From: Octopus sinensis
Taxonomy: Eukaryota
Assembly (NCBI RefSeq): GCF_006345805.1
Contig: NC_043000.1
Location: forward strand, 24,800,001 to 24,864,000
DNA: 64,000 nt
Direction of reading: 5' to 3'
Below, in pieces: positions 53,480 through 64,000 of this stretch (positions are counted from its first letter, which is position 1; every line of letters starts with the position of its first letter). The notes under the pieces were generated by a model. It saw only the letters and a list, made by a program, of their open reading frames with translations, made no database searches and had not been told where the DNA came from. The position numbers and the translations under genes were made by a program.

Positions 53480-53855
53480 TCTTTTACTTGTTTTAGTCAT
53501 TTGACTGCGGCCATGCTGGAGCACTGCCTTTAGTCAAGCAAATCGACCCCAGGACTTATTCTTTGTAAGCCTAGTACTATTCTATCGGTCTCTTTTGCCG
53601 AACTGCTAAGTTATGGGGATGTAAACACACCACCATCGGTTATCAAGCAATGTTGGAGGGACAAACACAGACACGCAAATATACACACACACACATACAT
53701 ATACATATATATGACGGGCTTCTTTCAGTTTCCGTCTACCAAATCCACTCACAAGGCTATAGTAGAAGACACTTGCCCAAGGTGCCACGCAGTGGGACTG
53801 AACCCGGAACCATGTGGTTCGTAAGCAAGCAAGCTATTTACCACACAGCCACTCC
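53480..53855 (-). mobile_element. SINE family A, full length
   Basis: Matches the consensus and carries a private AAGC duplication. An older copy precedes it at ~53030-53402. Confidence 0.9.
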
Positions 53856-54296
53856 TAAGCCTATATATATTTTTTTTTTTTAATATTCTAGTCATAGCAG
53901 CTGTCATTGGGTAAAGGAATTATTGCTAGAAATAATTGATGCAAATGGGTGCGAAATGCTAAAACATTTTGTCAAAAATAATTTCTTACACAAAATTCTT
54001 CATCATTATTTTGTGTCTGAAATTTCATGCTGGTTTAGATTGGACAGTATGTCATGGCCCCAGTTAGTTTTTATTTGCAGTTCCTGACCCTATGATGGAT
54101 GAGAGGACCATATTCCATTCCTAAGTTTCATTCTTGCTATAGGTTTCTGTAGCCAGATGTCCTTCTTAATGTCTTGTCCCTGGCAAGACTTAAGTGTTCT
54201 CTATCTGACATTGCATTTGTTTGTACAAACCAGCATGGCAGATAGGAGGAAAGAAGAAAAGACTGATGAAAGGGAAGGAACAAATGGCAAGGTGAC

Positions 54297-54351
<55 letters not shown>

Positions 54352-55019
54352 TCTTTATTCACCATAAGGTTGAGAAAAAGAGCCCCCCCCCCATATGTGA
54401 ACAGACAAAACAAACATTGGGGTCAGGTTATCGAATGAATAAACAAACAATTAAAATATATACATTGTTATATTTTGGAATGGTCACATTGCCAGTTTAG
54501 CCAATAAAAACACAAGCACTATATATTTGGTGTTATTTTGCTTCAGTGATATTTATTTTTTACATTAATCTTAACCTTATTTCGGATAGAGAACACTTAA
54601 GTCTTGCCAGGGACAACACATTAGGAAGGACATCTGTCTACAGAAACCTATAGCAAGAATGAAACTTAGGAATGGAATATGGTCCTCTCATCCATCATAG
54701 GGGCAGGAACTGCAAATAAAAACTAACTGGGGCCATGACATACTGTCCAATCTAAACCAGCATGAAAATTCAGACACAAAATAACGATGGAGAATTTTAT
54801 GTAAGAAATTATTTTTGATAAAATGTTTTAGCATTTTGCACCCATTTGCATCAATTATTTCTAGCAATAATTCCTTTACCCAATGACAGTTGCTATGACT
54901 AGAATATATAAAAAAAAAAAAAAAAATATAGGCGTAGGAGTGGCTGTGTGGTAAATAGCTTGCTTGCTTACGAACCACATGGTTCCGGGTTCAGTCCCAC
55001 TGCATGGCACCTTGGGCAA
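53773..55019. repeat. ~437-bp inverted duplication (53773-54208 vs 54582-55019)
   Basis: Base-by-base reverse-complement match with about 14 substitutions by eye, plus poly-T length change. Confidence 0.95.
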
Positions 55020-55511
55020 ATATATAGTGCGTGTGTTTTTATTGGCTAAACTGGCAATATGACCATTCCGAAATATAACAATATCTGTTTCAACACCCGA
55101 CTTCACATAAAAAATCTTGCACAACAAATATTTAAAATATATACAATTAAATGAGAATGAGTGATTTACAAAAAATGAAGCGGAGGACTCGGTTGACCCC
55201 ACAAACCACATACTCACACTGAAGACTTTGCTTTCTCCTTTTTTATATTCTCGTTTAGACAGGTTCTTTCACTCACAGCATACTTGCTATAGACTTCCAT
55301 CTTTTACAAAACACACTTTGCGACAGGCATTTCTTCTCCAGCCTTATTTTCCATTTCATGTGGAAAATGAAAAAGTCGATTAGCTTGAGACTGGAGATGA
55401 ACATGCCTGTTGCAATTCCTTTCACTCTCATCTTCCATTCTACCTCTTTTGCAACAGCAACTACCGAGAGAAAACAGGCTCGCTCCTCCCTATTCAGGGA
55501 GGTTGGCAGAA
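54349..55511 (-). mobile_element. 5'-truncated Tx1/L1-clade LINE in a (GA)n/(TC)n microsatellite, split by a later insertion
   Basis: ORF end 55273-55510: ACFLSVVAVAKEVEWKMRVKG...FFIFHMKWKIRLEKKCLS..VFCKRW. The 3' UTR has AATAAA (54354-54359, minus). (GA)n lies at 54299-54348 and 55512-55524. Confidence 0.7.
54465..55131 (+). mobile_element. Fold-back (PLE-like) insertion carrying captured flanking DNA
   Basis: 14-bp TSD TTAAAATATATACA (54451-54464, 55132-55145). Inverted 66-bp arms 54464-54529 / 55017-55082. Tail 55083-55131. Confidence 0.8.
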
Positions 55512-56384
55512 AGAGAGAGAGAGACAACCAGATAAGAAAATTAGAGTGATAAATGCAAATATGTCCAATTTATACTAGTTGAGTAGAACATTTTTTTGAT
55601 TGTTTTGTTTTTGTCAAGGAATTTGGAAAAAAAAATCTAATAAGGACTATTTAATTTTGTAACATCAATTCTAAAAGTAATGAAAAACTCTGGTAATCCT
55701 AATCTCAATTCTGGTAATCACAAGACTAAATCTTTTAGATTGAATATCACTGACTAATTGAAAAGAACTCAAATTTAGTTTTATTTCTCACTAAATACAT
55801 TATCAGCTTTGTCCGTAATTATTAATACACAAGGCAATTGAAACTGAAGGTCTTAATTGGTAATTGATAAGTAAATAGAAATTGGCAGGTACAAAATGAA
55901 AGTAACACCTGTTCGATAAGTTCTTTGTCTAATTACAGAGCGTCTAGCAACCTAAGTCTGAAAATAAGCACATAAAACCTAAAATCTTATATATGTTGGG
56001 CTCATGTATCATCAGTCTTATAAGAGCAGAGAAAGAAAAGATTTAGATGTAGTCATCTAATATCTTATGAATATATGAAACTAAGATTGAAATTTGTTTT
56101 TTCTTTTTAAATTTGAAAAGTAAAATTTATGATCATTTTAACCTTTTAGCGTTTAGATTTCTCTGTTAAATGTAAAGCTTGCTTATTCACATTGTTTTGA
56201 ATTAATTATGCATATTCTTGCAGCTTTGAGATTTTGACGATGTGACTTATTTTTAGAACAATATTTTCTTTTTAAATTTCACATTTAGAAAAGAAAAAAC
56301 TTACGACTATTTTAAAACAATTATGCATTCTTTACATTATTTATATTATTTACATTTGACGGATATTTGTCCTCATCTTGTTTG

Positions 56385-56434
56385 TTGTTAACACAACATT
56401 TCAGCTGATATACCCTCCAGCCTTCTTCAGGTGT
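56385..56434 (-). ncRNA. Minimal hammerhead ribozyme copy (decayed)
   Basis: Minus strand GACAC CTGAAGA A GGCTG GAGGGTATAT CAGCT GAAA TGTT GTGTT. Confidence 0.6.
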
Positions 56435-56518
56435 CTTGGGGAAATTTCAAACCCGGGTTCTCATTCCTAAAGTATTTTTTGAGGATGATGATGGTGATGA
56501 TGATGTTGTTGTTGTTCA

Positions 56519-56591
56519 GGTCACTGTTTGGAATCGAACTCAGAATCTTGGGGTTAGTAGCCCGCACTCTTAACCACTACACCATATGCCC
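56519..56591 (-). promoter_or_regulatory. tRNA-derived head / Pol III internal promoter (not a functional tRNA)
   Basis: GGGCATATGGTGTAGTGGTTAAGAGTGCGGGCTACTAACCCCAAGATTCTGAGTTCGATTCCAAACAGTGACC. A box TGGTGTAGTGG, anticodon-like loop CTACTAA, B box GAGTTCGATTCC. The acceptor stem is imperfect. Confidence 0.8.
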
Positions 56592-57439
56592 ATCATGTTA
56601 ACAACAAACAAGATGAGGAAAATATCCGTCGAATGTAAATAATGTACATAATTCCTCATCTCTTAAATTTAGAACTGTATTATGCATTCATTTAGAAACT
56701 TTAAAATTTGTTAATTATCTGAAGATATAATGAAATTTAAAAAAAATTAATAAACTTACAGCTCAAAATATTATGTATTTTAACATTTGCATGAATGAAT
56801 AATATATAAACTGATAACCGTATCTTATTTTTTTGGGCATCATACACTAATATCCCTGTGGCTCAATGAAAAATCTAACTCCAAAGTTTTTTGATATGTT
56901 ACTATAGTAACCAACAGTTCCTTCCAATAAATACCTGTTAACCCAAATGATGGCATTGCATGTTTAAACTCCTAATTCCAACATGATCGATATATTCAAC
57001 AAAGCTATCTATATAGTTCTACCTAACTGTAAAGTTACAGCAGATCAATCACCACAAAGGTTTGGTGATAGATCAGCAACTATGGATTGGTCGGGAATCA
57101 TACAGCTGAAGATCTTTACATTGAGATGTTTGAAGCTCGGTGAAATCTATTTAACAACCTGCAGTCCAGTCCGTATGGACAAATGATCGACCTCTGGACT
57201 ATCTCTCATATGCTGAGCTTCGCTTTTATTTTGCAGTCTTTTTCTCAGATGTATAAAGCAGCAATGGGTGAATTATATTCCACCAAATACACATGCGCAT
57301 GGAAGAAAAGATGTTAAATGATGGTGATGATTATGACGTTCATATAAACAAATATATATATATATACATGCACTCACAAATATATATATATATATATATA
57401 TACACACTCACAAATATATATATATATATATACACACTC

Positions 57440-57486
<47 letters not shown>

Positions 57487-60400
57487 CACTCACAAATATA
57501 TATATTTATATATACGTATATGTAGACATATGCATACACAACATACACATATATGTACATACATACAGATATATGCACACACACACACACACACACACAT
57601 CTTCATACATTCCCGTTTCATTGTCTTTTATCTTAAACATTTTTAGTGCTCAAACCAGTTTTTATACGAAATTGTCTCTTCGTTCTAAGAATCTTCTGCA
57701 CTATTAAAGAGATCAATCCCCTGTGTTTCCTTGGTTACATCTGAAGCATTAAAGCTACCAAACTCATTGTGTGTTGAGAAGATAGAATGGATTCAGCTTC
57801 TTAAAGGTGTAGAGTTGTTATTGATTAAATGTTGCTCAAAAATAAATGAAACCAGAACTCGTTTAGAATTCTTATATCCAGAATGGTGTGGGTTACCTTT
57901 TACCTTGTATGTTTTACTTGTTTTATTCACTGGGTTACGGTCATGCTGAGGCATAGGCTTAAAGGCTTTTAATCAAATGAATTGGTCCTGTTTCTTATTT
58001 TATTTGATCAGTCTCTTTTGCCAAAATGCTAAGTTACAGGGACATAAACAAACCAACACTGGTTGTCAGGTGCTGATTGGAGGAAAGAGGGGTGCAAAAA
58101 CACAAATACGTACACAAACACATCTATATACATACATAAATATATACATACATTGATCAAATTCATTCACAGGTCACTGGCTGGCCTAGGGCTATTGTAG
58201 GAGACACTTGCCCAAGGTTTTATGCAAGTGGGACTAAACCAAAAACCACATGGTTGCAAAGCAAACTCCTTAACCACACAGTCATGCATACACCTGGACA
58301 AATGTTCAAAATATCTCGTCTATTTTTTGTGTGTAATATACCTATAACCTAGAGTCATGGCCAAAAGTTTGGAACATAGATCTGGAAATTAGAATTTTTA
58401 TATTAAATGCCCTCTCTCTGTAAAAACAAAAGAAGGAATGGCTATGGCTGGAATTCTTCTGATTATAGTTCTGCTCAATCAGGACTGACCATATTCTATA
58501 CAGCTTCATTGAGTACATAATCTACTGTTATTATGCATCTCCTTACATCCCATGTGCATTTCAGTGGCTAACAAGATAAAGTGTGAATGGCTTCCATCTA
58601 AAGAGAAGTGAGTTTTTCTCTCATCAATGACAGGTATTTTGAATAAATTGGTAATCAGCTTTTCCCACAGTTATCTAACAGTAGATCAGATAAGGACAGA
58701 CAAAACAATGACTTGGTAATGGAACACCAAACTAACTAGAAATTGATAAGCGGTCAAATGTTTTACAGGTTTGAAATTAAAGTTCCTCTCATGAGAATAG
58801 AGCAGATAGGGTTACAATATCTCTCATGTCACAGAGTGGGCAGTAAGCGCTTATTCCAAGTTTTAAGCAATAAGGTTTAACTGAGTGTGATATGACGTTT
58901 ATCTGCTATGCATGGTCATTCACAGGTCATCAAGGAATCCAGAAAAGCCAGAAGGCTTTTAATGGTTAATAATTAATTCGATTTGATGGCCATTTGAATA
59001 AATCTAAACACACACCCACATTCACACAGAGCTAATCCGTTTTAAATAAGAATGATCTAGAAGTCATGGACACAGGTGTTGGTGTGTGGTTAAGAAGCTT
59101 GCTTCATTGCCATGTGGTCTTGGGCTCAATCCCACTGTGTGGCACCTTGGACAAGTGTCTTCTATAATAACCTTTGGTTGATGAAAGCTTTGAGTGGATT
59201 TGGTAGATGGAAACTAGAAGAAGCCTATTGTGTAGCTGGCACCCAATAAATGCTACAAAAGTGTTTGGCATTAGGATGGGCATGTAGTCATAGAAACCAT
59301 ACCAAAGCAAACACTGACATATGATGTAGACCTTGGACCTGTTGGATCCTGTTAAACCATCCAGCCAATGCCAGCATGGAACATGGACATTAAAGGACAA
59401 TGATGATACACAAATATATGTATTTACATTTATTGCTGCTTAAAAGTGAATGTTGCATTAGAACAAAGCATACTGCAATGGTTACCAAGAGAAAACCTCT
59501 CATATGGACTTGTGGTGCATATAAGCACTTTTGTTTACACCGCCAGCAAGAGACAACCACTGCCATTGCCACTATCAGGATTGTAAACAAGAGTGCTTAC
59601 ATGCACCACGGAACTATATGAGAGGTTCTCTTGTGGTAACTAGTACAGTGTGTTGGGCTCAATCCCAACACACTCAATTCTAACACAACATCCATTTTAA
59701 GTGGGAGATAGATATTATCTTTTAGCATTAATACTGCTTCTGTCACCATTCTATGTGTGTGTGTGTGCATATGCATGCATGTGTGCGTGAGAGCATTCTT
59801 GTCTTGACATCATGAGATGATAGTAAACAAGTGTTGTTGTTATACAAGTGATGTTGTTCGTTTCTAGTCTTCTGTGAAAAACATGTCAGGCCATGGGGAA
59901 ATATTATCTTGCTTGGAATCATTTGGCAGTTGGTGACTGAAATGGCATCTGATGGCAGAAATATGCACCTCAATAAATTCCACCTGACCCATGCAAGCAT
60001 GGAGACGTGAATACCAAATGATGGCAAATACTGTTGCCCAACTCCAGGTTCTATATTCATAAATAAACAACAGATAAATCCTCTTGAAGATCCAGCTGAA
60101 CTAAATATACTGCCCTAGTACACCACAAAAGCACATGGTATGATGTAGGTTTAATCCTTGAACTTGCTAGTGCAGTACTATTTTCATCTGGTTAATATAC
60201 TTTCAGTGTTTGAGCTGATAAGAGATCCTCTTTGTGGTCATTCAATCTGGCCAAAATAGCATCCTCATCATCATTGTATCATAACGCTTCGATTTTAATA
60301 ATGGAAAGATGTATTAGATAATGTTGTCCACTGCCTGAAACAAAATATGGTGGGGGATGATCATAACTGGAATGTCTTTGATCATAGATAGCAACAACTT

Positions 60401-60499
60401 CTAATGATTGAGCAGCTTCCCCATAACAGACTCGTACTCGTAAATAATTGTTTGTTGGTAGATGCGAAGAAATGAATGGGCTAACATATAAATACATAC

Positions 60500-60560
<61 letters not shown>

Positions 60561-60769
60561 TATGATGGGCTTCTTTCAGTTTCCATCTACCAAATCAACT
60601 CACAAGGCTTTGGTCGGCCTGAGACTATAGTAGAAGACACTTGCCCAAGGTGCCACGCAGTGGGACTGAACCCAATACCATGTGGTTGGTAAGCAAGCTA
60701 CTTACCACACAGCCATTCATATATATATATATATACACACACACACATTCACAAACACACACATAATAT

Positions 60770-61185
60770 ACATCATCAATTAATGTCCACTTTTTCCATG
60801 CTTGCAAGGTCAGGCAGAATTTGCTGGACCAGATCATCTAAGGTTGGATGTCTTCGTTGTTGCCAACCATCCCTTGTTCTTAGGCAAAGTAATATTTCCC
60901 ATGGCCAGGTATGTCTTCCATGGAAGACTAGAAACAAACAACTTCACCTGTATGGCATTGATGCTTGCTTACAACTATCAGTTGATGCCAAGACAAGGGT
61001 TCAAAAACACACACACACAACAGGCTTCTTTCAGTTTCTGCCTACCAAATCCACTCACAAGACTTTGGCTGTCTTAGGTAGAAAACACTTGTCCAAGGTG
61101 TTGCTTAGTGACATTGAATCTGAAACCACATGAGTATGAAGCCAAGTTTTTGAATTTCTTGACCACACAGCCATGCCTGCACCTA
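60770..61185 (-). mobile_element. SINE family D: family A head plus different body and RTE-type tail
   Basis: Head as in family A, body with GGCCATGGGAAATATTAC.TTGC, tail GCAAGCATGGAAAA..GGACATTAA.TGATG. Related copies are at ~4015-4320, 26275-26510, 30580-30960, 34585-34840 and 59755-60025. Confidence 0.78.
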
Positions 61186-61926
61186 ATACATTCCCCTCCT
61201 CCCCTTTTCCATGTAAAATCCTCATTGGTTCTCTAACTATCATTAGGTTTACATTGCACACCCAATGTTTCAAGCCGAGCTGAATCTTTCCACGAATAAT
61301 TCAAATTTAGTTGGCAGCTGAGAACCTACCTGGTTTTAGATCTACAGGATATTTGGAAGCTTAATTCACAATGATGTGTTAGCTAAAGATGCATAAAATA
61401 ACAGACCTGTCAACATTTGTTGGATGGGAATATTGAACAGCAACAGCGACTTGTTCATAAGCTCAACATTTCCCTTCAAACATGTTAAATTTTAATGTAA
61501 AGGTGAAGTTTTGCATAGAATCGAAAGAAAACCCTCTGCTGGTATTGTAAGTAAAAAACCACTTAGTGGCTACCTGCTACTCGTATTGTAAATAAAAGAC
61601 CAGTCACTTATATTGGCTACTGGTTAGGTCTGTTTCTTATCAAGATTGCTAATTAGGTGTTATTTTGTAAAGTTAAATGCAGGAAACAACAGTTCATGGT
61701 TGGATATAAATTACAGGGAGAACTACAATTGTGATGAATGATTAGAAGCAGATGTGGTTTTCTGGGAAACCTGTTTGTGTTTGTGTTGAATTGCAAAGAA
61801 TATAAATGGGTGATTAGCTTACGATGTGAGTGTTGAATAGTAATGGAGGTAAATGTGTGGTTTCTCAGTGTTTTCGTTATGAACTGATAAACTATAGTGA
61901 TAATTTTGTTACAGAAGTATCACTAA

Positions 61927-62320
61927 TCTCTCTCTATATATAAAGCTGAAGTTGTCTGTGTATGGCAGGTTTGGTAGCCTTCAACTAACACTATCTCCTC
62001 CGAGACCCTGCGGCGCAAGTTGACCAAAATTGAGAGTATGATAGAAGAAGGCTTACTCTTCATTCCGTAGAAGAAAAAATTCAAATCGGACTATGTTAAC
62101 ACCAAAAATTATTTACATCAAAAAGGTGCTTTTTTTCTATGAAAACCCTTATTTTTTACGATTTTTTTACTGTTGTGTCGCCATTTCTCGGTGTATTTCA
62201 ACTGGAAAAATGTTCACTTTAAGAGAATAACAAGCTAAATAATGCAAAATTTTTACTTTTCAAAAATTCCAATTCTATAGGGTTGAAACAAACCTGAGCA
62301 ACGCTAGGCGATACTGCTAG
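61927..62320 (+). mobile_element. Non-autonomous Helitron (second family, same 3' end)
   Basis: A|TCTCTCTCTATATATAAAG...CCTGAGCAACGCTAGGCGATACTGCTAG|T. Confidence 0.85.
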
Positions 62321-62683
62321 TTTCATGATAAAGGCAAGATGATGTTTTTATAATGCACCAGTGATGTGGACTAACACACGTAGATTTGATTTGAGACAAA
62401 TTAATTAATTAATTCTACACTACAATTATCTGGCATGTCTATTCAATATTAGCAGTAGAAGTCTGTATGGTAATAGTAACGATCTGAAATCACCTATTTC
62501 TAACCAATCAGTGACTTAGATATTATATTAACAAGCATTACAAGTCACTAACAGATTATCATATCTTACAGACAATGGAGCCTGATGTGGCTACCTGTCT
62601 TGCCAGCTCCTATCAAACAGTTCAATCCATGTCAGATTGGGAAACAGACACTAAATGATGGGGATGATGATAGTGGTATATAA

Positions 62684-62918
62684 GAAGGCAGTGAGCCTGG
62701 CAGAAACATTAGCACGCCAGGTGAAATGCTCAGCAGTATTTCATCTGGCACTACATTCTGAGTTCAAATTCAGCTGAGGTCGACTTTGCCTTTCATCCTT
62801 TCAGGGTCAATAAATTAAATACCAGTTACGCACTGGGGTCGATGTAATCGACTTGATCAGTTTGTCTGTCCTTGTTTGTCCCTTCTGTGTGTAGCCCCTT
62901 GTGGGCAGTAAAGAAATA
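62684..62918 (+). mobile_element. SINE family B, full length
   Basis: 13-bp TSD GGTATATAAGAAG (62675-62687, 62919-62931). Confidence 0.92.
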
Positions 62919-63179
62919 GGTATATAAGAAGCACTATTTTTTTTTTAAAAGTCTCAAAAATCACCCTGAGTCTTATATACAAAATTGGGATTCTCATCAG
63001 CTAATTTCATCCTTGGCACCTCATTTTTTTTGCTGAATATACACAGCTGAAATTGTGGTGCATCTAATATATCCATGCATTTTTTATGCCTCCAAATACA
63101 TTACTTACCGGTATTATTTGTCAGGAGTCACAGCTCAACAAAATACAAGCAACTCTTCCATGATCTTTTGCACCTTGGC

Positions 63180-63686
63180 AGAAGCCAAGTGAGACCATAG
63201 CCCGTGGCCTATGCCAGTGGGTGTAACCAGCCCACTTATGAGTACCCCTCATTCATTGGACAATAAACTTTGCTTGTGAAGACCTATTGAGGCAAGTGAA
63301 ATCAAATTCAAAATCGCTGACGTGGCTGATGATAGTACCGCCCAATTGGCACTCATGCCAGTGGGATGTTAAAAGCACATCTGAGCGTGATCGTTGCCAC
63401 AGCCATGGATTGGCTTCTGTGCCAGTGGCACATAAAAAGCACCATTCAAGTGTGGTTATTGCCAGCATTGCCTTACCAGCACATGCCAACCACTCTGAGA
63501 GTGTAGTGGGTGCTTTTTACATGCCACTGGTATGGGAGCTAGTCAGGCGGCCCTGGTATCGATCACATTTGGATAGTGCTTTTTACATGCCACTAGCATG
63601 GAAGCCTGTCTGGGGGCACTGGCATCGACCACATTCGGATGGTGCTTTTTACATGCCACCAGTATGGAACCCAGTCAGGCAGACCT

Positions 63687-63690
<4 letters not shown>
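63180..63690. mobile_element. RTE 3' UTR with orientation switch near 63483
   Basis: 63180-63480 parallels 1981-2280 on the plus strand. 63484-63690 is the reverse complement of the tandem-unit region. Confidence 0.8.
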
Positions 63691-63724
<34 letters not shown>

Positions 63725-64000
63725 CTGCCCTCCCCTCCACACACATATGAAGTTATCCAATCAATGCCTGTGCCACCGTTCATCAGCTGATGTGTGAAGA
63801 ATGGTGACATGAGTATTGATTACTGATTGATGATCAGATAATTTCATACCCCCAGTTTGCCAGGAAACCTAGAATACAGTATGTAAGCCATAATTGTATA
63901 ATACATCAAATATGTTCCTTTGTCTCAATGATACTAACATCTACTTCTTTGTAGTAACAACATGTGGCTAGTCATTTTATATACACATTCATACATACAT

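Larger units (their letters stand above)
56331..56678. mobile_element. tRNA-headed, hammerhead-containing element: full unit on minus strand plus short forward 3' end
   Basis: 11-bp TSD ATTATGCATTC (56320-56330, 56679-56689). Same family as 36578-36961. Forward piece 56596-56678 includes a ~32-nt tail. Confidence 0.88.

Noticed and set aside
56519-56591. Functional tRNA-Ser(ACT) gene; also tRNA-like strings at 12283 and 37990
   Set aside because: Acceptor and anticodon stems are broken, and each runs into a repeat body. The 56519 and 12283 strings are also TSD-bounded. They are SINE heads.

Overview
Very AT-rich, repeat-saturated eukaryotic DNA. The SINE/LINE content and (TA)n/(CA)n/(AAT)n/(GAT)n load suggest a coleoid cephalopod such as Octopus, which is an inference. 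I find no intact host gene: the supplied ORFs are microsatellite artefacts or transposon remnants. Recognisable content includes tRNA-derived SINE families (many with exact TSDs); decayed RTE, R4/Dong, CRE, CR1/L2 and Tx1 LINEs; a Gypsy integrase remnant; an internally deleted mariner with perfect 30-bp TIRs; Helitron/Helentron derivatives; and hAT, piggyBac and pogo-like MITEs. The most interesting signal is six short insertions from five sequence families (4973-5170, 9363-9699, 11531-12159, 36578-36961, 54465-55131, 56331-56678). They share one asymmetric fold-back anatomy: an inverted copy of the 3' region lacking the terminal tail, then a forward 3' region with the tail. Five have 11-17 bp TSDs; the sixth sits in (TA)n. 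This matches Penelope-like element (PLE) integration products. One family joins a tRNA-derived Pol III head to a minimal hammerhead ribozyme, making it a candidate PLE-mobilised ribozyme SINE. Another copy captured 438 bp of neighbouring genomic DNA in inverted orientation. All alignments were made by eye, so boundaries of degenerate elements are approximate.
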